Made by a program: the position numbers and the translations under genes
The notes under the pieces: model-generated
The model's input: the letters and a program-made list of their open reading frames with translations, nothing else
Told to the model about the DNA's origin: nothing
Databases searched by the model: none
NCBI RefSeq assembly: GCF_902652985.1
Contig: NC_047025.1
Coordinates: 16,988,001-17,052,000 of the forward strand
Source: Pecten maximus
Lineage: Eukaryota
DNA length: 64,000 nt
Direction: 5' to 3'
Shown: positions 25,993-40,921 of the stretch, in pieces
Position numbering within the stretch: the stretch's first letter is position 1
How the letters are laid out: every line of letters starts with the position of its first letter

Positions 25993-27987
25993 ACAAAAGA
26001 AAACCAATATCACAAAAGTTGCAATGATGTTTGTCATATCCATTATATAACTTTTGGTCTATTCAATGTTCCCCTCCCCATTTAGAGACACAGAAGAATT
26101 TCTTTAATTCTTCACTTAACGTCGTCGCCTACGAGCAATATATAGTGATACATGCCTTGTTCTTGGGTTGGAGAAACACTTAATGTCGTGGTGAGAAGAG
26201 GACACACTTAGTCTCCTCATATGACGGAACATTGATACATAGGATTTATAAGCATGAAAGACAATCATACAAAGTGAAATTCGGACTTTTGTTTGGAGAC
26301 GCGGTAAGAAATGATTGTGTAATGACTGTATCATTGTTACCGCTGGTTTTCCATGTAACAAAGATCTTCCTGTTAACATCCTTGAATATGCATCATCTTA
26401 CATTTAAGAAATACATGTTTAAATACTGGGACGATTGTCATTCAGTTAACACGTATAATATACCTTTAGTACCACTTTGTAGAACACTTAAAAGCAAACC
26501 GTGATGTTGATAGACTCATTAGTGGTCGTCACCACCCTGGAATTATTGTGAAAATACCTTCACACAATGATCTCCGCACACTGAACGCAAAGTTAAACTA
26601 TCTCACAATGTATGATTCATACAGCATAATACACAGAAAGGTCTCGAATTTCAGAAAATAAACTTATAAATTGTTATCGAGCAGGTTTCATTTTTTACAA
26701 CTAGTGATACTATGCCTGTATTTACATAATGACGATAATTTTGATATCAGTATAAATGATCCACTTAATTGGTCTAACTGGAAATTATACTTCCTGTCAT
26801 CACTTCCGGGTATGCTATATCTCCTTATTCTGGTTAAGTACCGGCACTATATAATGTTTTGAAATACCAATAAATAATAAATAAAATTCTAATATTTCTC
26901 GTGCCATGTCAAATTTCTACACTTTTATCAAGTTGCCTATTTTTTCTATAAGTTTTAGTTTATTCTGCCCATTTTTGTACCTAGACATCTGGTTCGTTTT
27001 ATATAGTCGCGTTTTCCAATCAACCGCTGCCACAAAATATTAGCGGAGGAAGCGACAGCACAAACTCATAGACATTCCCCGATATCTATTATATCTACAT
27101 CAGCGCTGATAAATACTATGTATATCTTATAGGGTACATGTGCGAACTTCGGTCGGAGTAATGTTAGTAAAGACAGACGTGTTTGTACTATAAATAACGT
27201 TGAAGGCTGACATGAAGGTTTGCTGTTCTAAACAATCAAATTCCACGTAGTCCGAGGGGAATTTCGCCACTTATGATCGGCCCTTTTGACTGACCAGAAG
27301 CCCTTCACACTGAACATCTGGATGAGTGTTCTTCAAAATCTCCAATTACAAATCTTAAAAATAGTTTCATGTGTGTCCTGATAAAGAGATTTTTATTCAA
27401 TGTAACGGTTTCTTTATAAGTGTCATAATAATTCAACATTTTTTTTTTAATTTTCAGAATTAACACCAAGTCCATCATTATTTGATAAGGTCAACAACAC
27501 ATTAACTATTTTACAAACGCTGATTCAATAAACAGAGAAATTATGAAGCAGAATTCCTTTACTAAAATTAGATTTAACAGGACATGCAAATCCGACAATT
27601 TGAATCGATTACAGCAGGATAAAGTATCCTGTCGATTATGCCCTAATGTGCCGCCCTGATTCGTACTTTTCTCTCCTTTTTCCCTTGACGCTGCATTGCA
27701 TGTGCTGGTTGAGCCGTTCTGTTCCCAGGCCATTGCAAGTGATTACAAATGTTAAACGTCGCTCTGTGATTACGCTAAACACTAACAGGCATGCGCAAGG
27801 AAACTAGCCGGCTCATCCGGTGTTACGAGAGAGATGTCATGCCAATGTGCCCGCGAAAATACTGGTGAATTCAAGTGGTCGTTTGATTGGTCCCGTATAT
27901 GATGAATCGTTGATAGAACGGTCTATACCAAACCAAAACGCGGTCTATCGATAAAATGAAACGATTTTAAAACTCTATCGGATGTCG

Positions 27988-30246
27988 TTTTTTTTTTTTT
28001 TTTTTTGTAATTATCTTTTTATTCAGTTTTTCAATGCAATATACATTATATTTTCATATTATGCTTGCTCACACGTGCACATATACATGAAATATAGAAA
28101 CAAAATACTTACAAATCATCTAATTCACACACACACAAAACACCCAGCTCACAAAAGCTATGTTGAAGTACACACATGAAACAGCATCATACACACATAC
28201 ACCAGACACACCAGACCCACCCTCCCATGCATGTACCCCTATATATATATTTCAAAAAGCATGTATAGCACACACACACCCCCCCCCCCTCCCCCCCACC
28301 CCCCACAAAACACCCTCACACACCACACACCCTCACACACATTGATATAAGCATGTATATTTTCACAATCAAGATTGTTTACATACGAATACCTAACCTA
28401 CACAAACACTCTTACCAGCAAATTTTACAAGTTAAAACATACAGACATTAATGAATCGAAATTTCAGTATTTTGTTATCTTTCAATAGGGAAAAACGAAG
28501 TGACATCATGATTAAGTACATTGCATTGATTTTGTAAAAAAAAAGAAAGAAGAGGAAGTGACTAGAGATTATACTAAGAAAGAGGACTGTAATCACAAAA
28601 GATAAAGGAGAGAAAGTATAAGAGAGAAAGAGAAACTAAAAGAAGGAAAAGGTTTGGGCGAGATGGAGGAACTCTATGTAGGCAACAAACAATACTGGAA
28701 TATATAATAATTTAAAAGCATTTTTTTTTTTTTTTTTTTCGGCCAATGAGAAAAAAAACTGTCAAATTAAGAAAATGACAAAAGGATATAAAATGAAATA
28801 TATAACAATGGATAAAATAAAGTATGACACATTATAGTTTAACTAATTTATCCCATTTCCTCCACTCATTTTCAAATTTATATTTAGCTGTTTCACCTTT
28901 GCCAATTGCAATGTATTTTTGAATCATGTAATTATCTTTTATAATATTGACAAGAGCAATAATGTTTAATGAATTGTGTAAGCATCTAGTTCTATAAATA
29001 TATTGTTTAATAGTAATTATAATTTCATTATCTACTCTATTACTGGGAAGGTAATTTTCATGCAGAATGCCAAAAAGAAAAGATTTCTTATTCACTGAAA
29101 ATGGGATCAAAAGAGCTTCTAATAATGTGTCAAAACTTTCCAATAATCTTTGTACTTCTTCACATTCCCACAGTAAATGAGTAATTGTCTCTGTTTCAGT
29201 GTTGCACAAAGCACAAAGAGGGGAGATAACCATTCTAATTTTAAACAGGAAAGAGTTAGTTGTGAGAATATGATGGATTACTCTGAACTGAAACCACTGT
29301 AATTTTGTATTTCTTGTAACAGCGAAAGGCATTTTGTAGATTTTACTCCATGTCAGATTGTCTATGTTGTCAAAAATTATGTTCCATTTCCTAGTGCCAG
29401 ATGGTATAATATTTGATTTAATCATAAAAGAATAGAAAGTTTTTGACCCTTTACTTTCCCTTAGAATAAGTTGTAGATTTATTGGTATATATGGGTAGGA
29501 AATTTCTTGACCATGTGTATTGTATGTAGAAAAAAAATCCTTAATAGCAGATATTAGACCTCGATATTGTAAAAAATTTGTATTCACTTGGTATAGCTGG
29601 ATAAATTCATTGTATGAGAAGAATAAACCTGCTTCAACATCTTTTATCAAATCATTTATAATCAAAATGCCTTTCTTGTAGTAGTTTTTATAAAATATCA
29701 CTTTTCTGTCTACCTTGATTTTACTGTTGTACCAAATAGGAGCTAACAACACATTTCCCGGAAAGGTTTTTTCACAGTATTTTACACACAATAAATACCA
29801 AGACTTAAAAACATCACTCCAAAACTTGTTATTACATTTCTCTTCACATACTTTAATATATTCTGGACCACAACTTGAAAGAAGATTTGTATCAATAAAT
29901 GTCTTAAGTATTACCTGCCATTTCTCACTCTTCTGATAAAGTCTTCTAATCCAGGTTAGTTTGAGAGAGTTAATAAAATCATTAATGTTTATCATCTTCA
30001 ATCCACCGTCAACAAAGTTTTGAATTATAACACCTCTTTTTACTTTGTCTGTTTTCCCATTCCATAAATATTCAAATAATACTGAATTGAGTTTGTTTAC
30101 AAATTTAGTATCTGGGTTAGGTAATGATATAAAAAGATGGTTGAATTGAGATATAAGTAAAGATTTTATTACATTAATTTTTCCAATAGGTGTTAATGAT
30201 CTTCTCTTCCAAACTTTTATCAGGGATTTTAATCGAGTTAGTTTTT
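27988..30246 (-). mobile_element. 5'-truncated L1/Tx1-clade LINE insertion with poly(A) tail and 15-bp TSD
   Basis: TCGGATGTCGTTTTT at 27978-27992 and 30247-30261; 19-nt poly(A) (plus-strand T 27988-28006) preceded by AATAAA (28023-28018); ORF2 C-terminal region inside. Confidence 0.93.
28832..30246 (-). pseudogene. C-terminal ~470 codons of LINE ORF2 (post-RT region with CCHC zinc knuckle, zf-RVT type); endonuclease and RT core absent
   Basis: Motifs WKRRSLTPIGKINVIKSL, GGLKM, KLQWFQFRVIHHIL and CALCNTETETITHLLWEC (C-x2-C-x8-H-x4-C). The first ~33 aa of the 504-aa ORF come from the TSD and flank. Confidence 0.9.
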
Positions 30247-32784
30247 TCGGATGTCGTTTTTGCTTATGATGTAATATATTGATTTCTGCTAAATCTGGAC
30301 GAAACATTGCTCGTGCGTTTGAATTTATGTCCAAATTCACAGCCACTCAGTCTAGAGAAATTATTACGTTATATTTTTTTTTACATTACTGGGAAACTTC
30401 AGGTTGTTAACTAAGACACGCGAAAATGTGAAATATAAGGATACGACATTGTCTGTCGTTATCTAAATGTAATGATGAAATATATTCTGTTAAATTCAAA
30501 AGGATGTCTTTCGCAATTTATTCAATTCGTCTTAAAACTAACGTATTTCACCAGCTTGTGCAGTTTTACATGCATATGAATATTGATATCATACCGAACT
30601 TCGTTTTAAACAGGATTCTCACAGTATCTACACAGAAGCTTTATTTCATCATTCCATTAATTACAGATGTAAGACAAGATTGTGTTTACTGGTTTGGTCT
30701 CGTTATCAGATTACAATGTCGTATCAGGACCCGTGTGAACAGGATCCGCGACCAACACGGCGTATCTCACATGACCATCTGCTACTTAATTGTAGTAACC
30801 AGATGACCACTGACCAGCAGTGATTCGATGATTGCACGGTTCCATTTCTGATGATAGTCATTTAATTTATAATTAACTTTAGAACGAGCCGTATGTTATA
30901 CGGATTCGCCCCTGTTTGTGGTGATGATGTGATTCCTCAGTGACAATGGCATTATCGCGCTATGACAGGTCAAAATGTTTGATTGATTGACGGGTGCCAG
31001 TTTGATGCTTCCCCAACAGGTATGTTAATTTGACGATGGTTTCAATAGTTAACGGAGAAAACACCACAAGGGAAGATTAAAACAAAACATAGTGACGAAT
31101 ATGTACCGGGGAGTCGGGGTAGGGGTTGGGGGTTTGGATACAACGTTACGAATGAGGACGTCATTCTATGGAACATGTTGTATTCAATCGATAAAAACTA
31201 CATACATTAATTGGTATATGTTTACTCAATCTTTAAACTGTAGACCTCTAGGTAAAACCTTCATTATCACAGAACAGTTCATCAACACCTTCCGTCTTAT
31301 GGGTTTGTTTGAATATCGGCGCCCGATGACTTCGTACTTCATTAAGGATATTTGTCTGTGATATAGTATACAAAATATTCGTCCTTCTGGGACTCGTCCG
31401 TGAGAGTAGTCAATGAATCACCTCATACAGGTTTCTACGCTACTTGAATTTTAAAACTTTAAAACAAATACGTCCATCACTGTTCAATCCAATAAAAACC
31501 CAAATTGCCCCTCGATAATAGAAAAGACAAAACCAGCTAAATCCGGTTATCTAAAATGATGTCTTAGTGTTATAGATATAAACATGTGATTTATAACCCG
31601 CTATGATCCGGTCTGATTTATACCCGGTACTGACGTGTCTAGACGGACGTTTAACATTTCAAACAAACAAAATAAGTATTGATAAGTATCTTCGGTGACA
31701 TTTGATGCAAGTCTATTTATATATACCAATATCAGTTAACTGCAGCGAAACAGTGTTACAATAGGTATGTTTTGATAGTGTTTGACGAAATGTGTTCAGA
31801 CTTTATCAAACCGATCTCTAGACCCCTTAAAAAACACACCAGTCCGTCTATGAATGGAGCAAGTGTCATATCCGTATTTCGTATAGATACTGTCCATGTG
31901 TGGGTTAAATCTATAGATTAGTCCAACAATTGCCGAGTTGTGTGTTTATTAACGATTTCCTCACTTTCATACTGGGAACATCTTTTAGATTCTCCGGTCA
32001 CTCTCCTGAACCCAGCCAAGTAAACAGTAGGAGATGAATGGGAAAAAATGTAGACAGTGTTTACTAATGTAACGATAAGGTATACGATTATGTTAAATTA
32101 ATCTTATATATGTTTGAGACATTTGTTCGACAATCTATTGTCTTATTTGAATAAAATGAGTTAAAGGCATAGGATCTACGATAATTACTCACAAAGTCAT
32201 CGTATGTTTTAATTATTACCCGAGTGATCCGACTTTTCTTTGCTAAATATCGGTAGATAATTAATAATGTGTTGGCTGGAAACAGTCGTCAATATCTCCT
32301 TAATTACGATAACGACAATAAAAACAAAACAATGTCAGGTATTTTTTAAATTCATTTATTCACCTTGAGAGTTGTTTCCCTGAATACTGGACATATTTTC
32401 ACGTGGATATAGTAGATTTCATTATTTTAATACCGTTTCCGCGACCTCATTAAATGAAGGGCTTGGGTGGAAAGAGTCGTTATTTTAACAGTGTAGTTTC
32501 TACGGAGACACAATGATTAGGAACTGTTAAAACCAAGTCTCAGACTGAGACAATTCTGGTATATCCATCATTGTGTTTTATAACCCTGGTAGTAACATAC
32601 TGTATATTGTATAGTGTAGGACGTCTATCTTCTATCCTGGTGAGAGTCTGTGAAGGTTATAGCTTAGTTATGTATGTAAAGTTGGCTGGATCGTCATACT
32701 AACGTACTTTTGTATGAAGTTAACAGCACTACATTATATCTGTAAAATGTTCATAGCCTTGCATGTTTTGCAGACTCGGGTTTG

Positions 32785-33000
32785 ATTTAGTAGTTTTATG
32801 CACTATTAACACAATAAGGTCATTTTCGGCGTCTACGAATGATAGAACCTCTGTCAGACACTTTTATAGCGCCATCACACTGAACTGACACATATAACTG
32901 GATATGGTAGCGCGACAGCCCACCCGGTCATTTTATACTGACAACGGCCGAGCAAGTCCTCACAGCCAACTTTCAGTCCGAACGTCATGTAGCCACGGAT
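32785..33000 (-). mobile_element. Decayed SINE fragment (body and 3' part)
   Basis: CCCACCCGGTCATTTTATACTGACAACGGCCGAGCAAGTCC resembles a conserved central motif I recall from mollusc SINEs; recall only, not searched. Confidence 0.5.
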
Positions 33001-33339
33001 AGACCCGTGAACCTCGCCACAAGGACAAACGCCCAAATAAAGACCAAATGTGTGGCAGTGTTGTAGCAACAGCTATAGCTTAAGTCGGTCTTCGTATAAG
33101 CATATTTTCTCCTTGACCACCTATTTAAATATCTACAAACGCCATATTTTCCTTCGAGCATTCCTAATTGGCTAATTCCTCACTAATAAGACATTGGTGT
33201 TATCTATTTGTCGATTTTCTTTCTACCTCTAACTGATTTTCAAAGTGCCAGTTAATATATACACATGTACACGTGTGTGTCCCGCTGACAGGACTATCCA
33301 CTATATTGATTTCAAAGATTCATTTCGATCTTAAAGCTA

Positions 33340-33835
33340 GTAGCAGGACGGGCTGAATTTGATATCAATGTTGTTGCTTAATTGTTGAGATTGTTCCTGA
33401 ATGTATTAATTGAAGGTGAGTTGACCACTGCTGATGGTAGACTGTTCCAATCGTCAATAACCCTCGCTGGGAAAGAGTGTTTCCTGGTGTTTAGTCTTGT
33501 GTGTAGCTTTACTATATTTTTTTGATGTTGTGCCCCCTCGTCCTGTTTGCTCTATAGCTGTCTGAAACAATTCTTCAGTGTTAATGTCAAGCCCATTACG
33601 AATTCTGGATACTTGGGTCATCGTATCTTTTTCTCCTATACAGAAGTATGGCGTGCCTTGTTGTCGGAGTCTTTTCAGGATATGGTAGGTCCGATATGTT
33701 CTTAACAAGTATAGTAGCTCTTGTTTGGACCTTCTCAAGAATGACAATATCTTTTTTGAGCTGAGGGCTCCAGGCTTTGACGGCTGCTCAAGTCGTGGTC
33801 GTACAACGGATTTAAAAAGGGTTGTTAGCATGTGT
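33340..33835 (-). mobile_element. Decayed CR1-clade LINE 3' fragment (frameshifted ORF2 C-terminus)
   Basis: Pieces in different frames: LFKSVVRPRLE and RVIDDWNSLPSAVVNSPSINTFRNNL, matching the CR1 patterns L.KS.VRP.LEY and RV...WN.LP..VV.S.S...FK. Confidence 0.8.
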
Positions 33836-34941
33836 CGAGATGCTCAAACGAACGCATATAGTCAGAGAAAAATACTTAGAAATAAAAGATATGATCCAAA
33901 ATTCAGTGGCCTTTCATAAACCATACGATGGAGATAGCCGGTACAATAGTATCCCCTATTTGCAGGGCCTTACAGCCGGAGGTATCTGATATAGGTATTA
34001 AAGACTCTCAATTATTATTTAACTGATTTGAGTTCTCAATTAAGTATAGAAATTGTCATGTGATACATGTATATTGTCTGCATTATTTAAATAGAGATAC
34101 GACCAGTACAGTATACAATTAGTCGAAGGCTAATAAAAACAATAGCATGTCACCAGTTTCCGTCCCATTGCTCCGACAACGTCTAGATGTAGGAGACAGT
34201 TGGGTGTTGAATCAGAAGATTATTTTGTGGTATCGCCATGAACATATCGTACACCCGACTATAGGGTGGACAAGAGAACACATAGAGGAATAAGAAAACA
34301 TGGACCTTTATTCTGCAGTACGCATGTTAGTCGCCCTTTTATCTATAATACTTCAGATCGATTCCCACTTACACAAGGGTTTCTATCAACACGATTGCGT
34401 GCATTGGCAAAAAGAAAGAGGAAGAAATACTTCTGTATTGAATTGTACAAATGCTTTAAATCATCTCTATCTCAACACAGGAACAAACAATCCGGCTCCT
34501 GTACGTCAAGCAATGTATCACTTTCTGACATCAAGGCTCCAAACATGCCCATATGGCCGTTGAACTGAAGCTAGGGGTCGCGGAGGGACAGACGGCCGGG
34601 TAGTAAGGAAGGGTCGACGCCATATAAGATATACTCCCAACAAACGACATATGATGTACGTCATGCAGAATTCTTCAAGCTCAACCACGACAAGCGGAAG
34701 CGATGGTATGATATATGTTGATACAACTTACACGTGCTGAAAACAGTTTCTGTCAGGAGGGAGAGTGGGAAGACTACTGGGCCTGACAGTCTAGTACTAC
34801 CCAGCGGCCGGCATGCTGTAACAGACGACACTGGCACCATCAACGGTGATTTCATAGTTCTGTTTTGTGTGTAGTATTTTGCATAATCGCATGTGTAAGA
34901 GATGCAATAAAATAACACCAAGACCGGAAAATAATGATAAT

Positions 34942-35093
34942 TAAGCATTGATGTCTTTTTTTTTTTTTTAGTTTCATCGGGGTATGAAACAAATTTTGTT
35001 TGCAAACTGTATGAATCCGCGTAACGGATTCTTACAGAAGTTTGCAAACAAAATTTGTTTCATACCCCGATGAAACTAAAACATCAATGCTTA
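34942..35093. repeat. Fold-back palindrome with 40-bp perfect arms (probable non-autonomous element)
   Basis: TAGTTTCATCGGGGTATGAAACAAATTTTGTTTGCAAACT (34969-35008) versus its reverse complement at 35039-35078; outer TAAGCATTGATGT/ACATCAATGCTTA; inner GAATCCG/CGGATTC. Confidence 0.9.
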
Positions 35094-38000
35094 TAATTAA
35101 TTTTTGAAAATGATTTTCTAATTTAAAACATGTTTTATGTACAATTTTACTGGTTTTAAATGGGATTCTTTTTCTCAGATCAATACGCAACGTCAATTGT
35201 CGTATTGTGACGTCACATTTTTCGCGCCATTCTCGGAATTTCTTTCATAGAAGAATGAAAAGAATTTTTCGACCAATCACATTTGAGTATTTACCATGAA
35301 AACAAAGAAAAATTTATTATTGTGATGACAATTAAAAAACCATCTGAATCACATGATTAGCACGTGTATTGATACTATTCGATGACGATGACTTTCAGTT
35401 TGGTTTAAAACAGAAAGTAAGCGTTTCGATCACACATTTAGATTATCAATCATCAATTTGACCAGCTTGTAACCTAGACTAGGGTATTTAAGGATATGCA
35501 AAAATAGACAAGTAGGGTCGGTATACATGAGTACAGCGTTAAACAGTTATCTAACTCCAATTTGATTATTATTCAAGTTTTAGTAAAGTCTCACAAAAAT
35601 TGTGCTACGTTGTGTTAAAAACAAGTCGGATTAAAAATACAGAAAACAAATTTACCTAAAGATCGTAACCACTCGAAGTGGTGATGTAAAGGATGATATG
35701 CCAGCTGTAGGTTTTATTATTACTATTATAGGCTATTTGGACTGACAAGGTGAACACCTGTTATACGAATCCTTACGACGGAAAGGTAGAGACATTTCAT
35801 ATAAATACATATATCATAAAGATAACGTTTTTATATTCCATGTATTTGCTACTAATCATTTTTGGCCATTTTGATTCGGAAATCCGAGATAGACCGTATT
35901 TTACACCAGTTTTGTCCAGCTGTAGTAAAGATGTGAAAGGGCGACATCTGTCCCAACTGTGAGTGCTTCAGATCAAACTACGAGGCACGCATGCCCGATC
36001 ATATCGGCGCTTAGTTCATCTTGGTATCTCAGACGCTCATCTGTTGTAAAATGCTCCTGCGCATGCGCATCTTGATTCAAACCACGGCTTCATTTTGTCA
36101 TAGAATAAAAAAGAACGTGATCACTATCGTGTGTTTGTAATCACGTTAAGAGGCGGATGACTCTTTTATATCCGATCTACCCCAGATAATTATGTTTTTG
36201 TTTGAATTCTATTAGTGAACAATGAAAACAACTCTCGAAAAGCGATAAGATTTAGCATAAAAGTAGTAACTTAGAAACACACTTTATAAATAAATAAATG
36301 AGTATCAATTTATTGTTTTCGTTGTTTAGGTATGAATACCGACCCATAAATTGGTCTTAAACAATTCAATTGTGACTAGTTTACTTCCTATTTACTTAAT
36401 AAAATTCTAATAATCATAACGATAATGGTCAAATTTAAAATGAAATATCATCATCTGTGTGACGAGTCATAATTCGTAGTGCCATCCTTCCGCTGTGTTT
36501 TTGATACGACCCATGATTAAGTGTAGTTGATACATTAATACAGACAAATGCTACTGTTTCTACATTCCAAGCCCTGGATATATTTGAAACAACTATAATC
36601 TGATTAACAGCTGATCCTCGTCTACTCTGAAGAAGACTGTTCCTTGTATGTACGTTCACACTAGATCAATGTATATTATATACCTGTAACCCGTTGTACT
36701 TACAATGACAAATAACTTAACTCATAAATGCTCTATTACAACTTTAGTAAACCATCTTTTTAAAAATGTTTTATCTTTCAGCCAGCAGGAGGGATTTAGT
36801 TGGAAAGAGCTTTCGTTTGTTCTCTCTATATCTTGTGGATTTTATTACGATTTTTGTCTTCAGAAATGAGAAGATATTACAACTTGTGGTTTCCATAGCG
36901 TTACTGAGTATCTAGCTGTTTTTGATTTGTAGCCTTAAATATTGTTGCACACACTCTCATTGGCATCAGTATACTGACAAATGGCTACTTGCTCTTGGCT
37001 CTTTATTCTTATGCGAGTTAGGAAATTGAAAAAAAACCTGTTATACACTGTCAGAGGTCAATGATGTTGAACCCCCTTGTATAATTGGCGATATTTGATA
37101 ATATGTTGTATACACTGTAATATCAGGTATCTATATTTTCACCTCTAACTACATCTGGCTTTCCCAACACCTTATTTTGAAATACATCACATTTTGTCTT
37201 ATCGTTACTCGTCCACCAGAATGAAGAAAATATCTAACTGTCAACCTGAAACTTACTACTTATTGGGTAATGCTAGATGATTGGCCTATTTCAGTATATT
37301 GACCATCTGCAGATATGGGTCACATTGTTAAGTTTAACAGTAGTCCTTTTAAAATGACCTACGAAATCTTACTGATGGAATGTATACATCGGGTTTCCCA
37401 CACAAAAACCTATGACTTACGTTAGATAGGATCAAGGATGACACTGGAGGTTGTTAGTGTCACAAACATATTCAGCATTCTAGGTTGGTGATGGTCGGTA
37501 CTCTAGATATAAATTCTTACTACAAATTTGACATAATTAACATTGTTCCCATAAGTTTTACGATATATCATCATTGCCCTTCTCATTGTAGCCCAACTCA
37601 ATGGAGCACCTGCACGACTGTAGAGCCTCGCTACAAGTGAAAACAATTATGTAACCCTCATCGGGTGCTATTCACCTCTTTTGATTTTATTTGAGAACTC
37701 GTAGCTTAGAGCAGAAAAGGAAATATTTTGTTAAGATCATATTGGATTTGGTGTTATTGTCGAGAGGCACACTTACATATGAAGAATTGTGATCGCATGT
37801 GTCAGGGAAGCACTTGGCCCATAAGTGGTGACGACGCCCTCTGGTGACGTTTCAGTTTTAAAGTTGGTCAAGTGATTCCCAAGATTTCATTGATATATGT
37901 TTTTATTTGGAATTGAAGTGTGGAGTAGATTTAAGCTTCCATTTTGTTTTGATTTATCACAGATTACCTATCGTCGCAATTATTACGTTTATAGTGGAGG

Positions 38001-38272
38001 CCACTCTTCTTTCCTGCGACAGTTATGAAGATCAGTGCCATCATATATTAGGACCAATCTTAAAAACATATAATTGAAAGGTCCTAGTCTCAAAATGGAA
38101 ACGTGACACTCAACCAGGCAACGTCACTCTGTTATTGTTAAACTAACTGATTAGCGATGCCTACCTAGTATTTGCGTTTTAATAACGTGCTATTGCCACA
38201 ATAAGATCAATTTAAGGGCACCTTTCTCTGAAATGTTCCGGTTAATCATACATGTATATATAGGATGTTGAA

Positions 38273-38412
38273 TGGTTCAACGTTGAATATAACATATGTT
38301 TTACGAATATGACATAATAACGACATTTTTCACGAGTGCGCGGTACGAGTGGTTAAGAATATAGGTATATGCTATCTTACGAGTGAAATATGTTATACTC
38401 AACGGGAAACCA
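38273..38412. repeat. Degenerate fold-back palindrome
   Basis: CGTTGAATATAACATAT ... ATATGTTATACTCAACG with internal ACGAGTG motifs. Confidence 0.6.
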
Positions 38413-40921
38413 ACGATTTCATTTTAAAGACGGAAAAATCAAAGGAAAGAAATATATTCGTCGAAAAAAGCGGGGTTGTCAGTAGCATTATGTTTAACGT
38501 CGTATTCTTATGACGTTCCGCTTGTCAACAAGACAGCGCCATTTTGAATGGACTGCGAAACGCAATTTCAGTGTTTTCTGCACTTTCCAGCACAGATAGT
38601 ATACAGTTGTATCGTTTCATCAGTAAAATATTCATAAGTAAAAGTGTTTAATCAGTAAACTAAAAGAATGTTGTTTGATATGTTAACTGTTTTTACGTGT
38701 GATATAAGTGTAAAGATGACCAGTAAACCATTCATGTATTGTCGTTAACAGTATATCTACGTATCAAAGCTATTATATATCATTAAAGATATGTAGATGT
38801 GTTCTCCATGTCGAACCTTTGGAATACAAAGGACATGACATGTTGTTATACAATCAAATTGTATTTTTTGCTTAGAGGGCAATGCTTTTACCATGTTATA
38901 TATCTGGGGAAACAATTCTGAACATAAAAATCGGCGATTTCTGCTTTTCTCGTAAAATTTGTTCTTACTCTGCCGCCGTCAGAGTAACCAGCTACTACAC
39001 GTGTAAATTCCATTGTTACGTTATACTACGGGGCGGCTCGGTACATACATGACAGGTATGTTTGTTATGTGAAACGTGTGAACATCGGCCCGCAAGCCCC
39101 GAGACAAGCTGGCAGGCCATGTCGCTAGTCCTTGTGCACGTCACAGCTGATTTACGTAATATGGCACACCAATGCAGATTTATGCAAATGATAAAGAAGG
39201 ATTAGTATCTACATCACAATGGAGTACCTGGCAACTCAATGAAGTACCTACAGACTTGTGGCGGCACTTCCGAATAGTCGGGGGACTCTGCGTGTGTTAC
39301 ACCAACACTGAACAGCAGCATATTTTTACTCAAAATCCCGAAACCGAGCCCTGTACATAAAAGCGAATATTTCTTAATTTAAGCTATTGTTTTATATATT
39401 AAAAAGTAATACAAGTTGTAGCAACTTAGATACGTCCTTTACTTCTATGAATTTGTACAATTTATTGACTGCATATATGATGAATATTGATATATTAATA
39501 ACTTTGACGTGTACAAGTGACAAAATACATTTCCCAAACCAGTACCAACAATTTGCATTATACCCCTTACTTTATTTTTTAAGCATATCAGATTTCTTAT
39601 TTTCTACAAAAAAAAAAAACAATCGTATGTGTGATATCATTGTATAGATATGATAGATATTGTAAAATGTCAAAGCTCCTCTAACCAACTTCAGACAATG
39701 GATTTCTTCGCATCATTCAGAGTCTCGCTAATACATATAATTTCCAAATTCTTTTCTAAATAATCCAACTGAGAATCACAACATGAGGAGCTTGGTCGCA
39801 TCAAAAAAGGTTTTAACATTTGAAATAATTTACTGAAAACGATTAGATTTTTTTATATATATTCTAGCACAACCAAACATACTGGATCATTACCTGTGTA
39901 CATTCAGATCCATGCCAATGTCATCTCTTTTCTGATTTTCTAACCAGAAATAGTACGTCAGTCAGTGAATTTGTTACATTTAAGAGGCTGGCGAAAATTG
40001 TCTTTCTAGTAACGGCTAGCAACTTTCAAAATAGTTACATTCAGGGTAAATATAAAACATGATATCCTTACAAAGTTCAATCAACTTTATTACAACCATT
40101 TGGTGAGTAGATCATATGAATAGTAATGATATTGCTATAAGTATACCAGAGTTTATTCGACTCCTTGTAAATGACAACACTGTGTATATCGTCAAGATTT
40201 CCAATGGTCGAATGAGTTTTATCGCTGAATCATAAATGAAAAGTTCCAAGTAAAATAACAGATGGCATTTACATAATTATTCATTTCCACCCATAAAACC
40301 GATTGTCTGTAACACATTTTACAGAAAACCGTTACATGATAGCCGATGTATATGGCGTTATTGCTGACAGGACGCCGCCGAGACCTGCTACAATTTGTGA
40401 TATTAGCTGATGACATTTCAACTCTTTCTGTATTATCTCCCAAACGCGCACGGGTCCTCAACACCTAGTTTGGTTTTAAAATGATACTTTTGTCAATACG
40501 TTTAACCCTGGGGATTCAACTGTGGATGGTGAACAGACACGACGTATTCATTACATTGGGGAAGTTCATGCGAAGCAGTCGTAATATAAAGGTTGTGTGT
40601 GATTGTGCGATGTCTACTGACCAAAACCAAACGAGTTCTTGATTCCATAAAATGTAGATATGAACGTCTTTGTAGTCTCAAATATAAAGGTTTGGCCCCC
40701 TAAAACAAATTATAAAGAGCCATTCCCTGTACCAATATGTTATGGCACAACTGTGTACAACACAAAATGCCAATGGCCTAATAAACTTATTTAAAAGTGA
40801 CTACATAAATATGCTTTAGAGTGACATGTCCATATACAATTTGTCTCTCTTTGGGGACAAGATATTTACACCTTTTCAATACGAATTGAGAGTTACAGTA
40901 GAGCCAGAATGGTTTCAACTG

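Noticed and set aside
20024-26085. Long repetitive ORFs (MTCPDLPMLGVVT, EVECLEGHHQAVSR) as structural proteins
   Set aside because: They follow from 39- and 42-bp units being multiples of 3; frames break at every 40-bp variant and there is no splice or codon-position evidence.
30247-30346. N-terminus of the 504-aa ORF as part of the LINE protein or of a host gene
   Set aside because: It lies in the TSD and flanking DNA outside the element.
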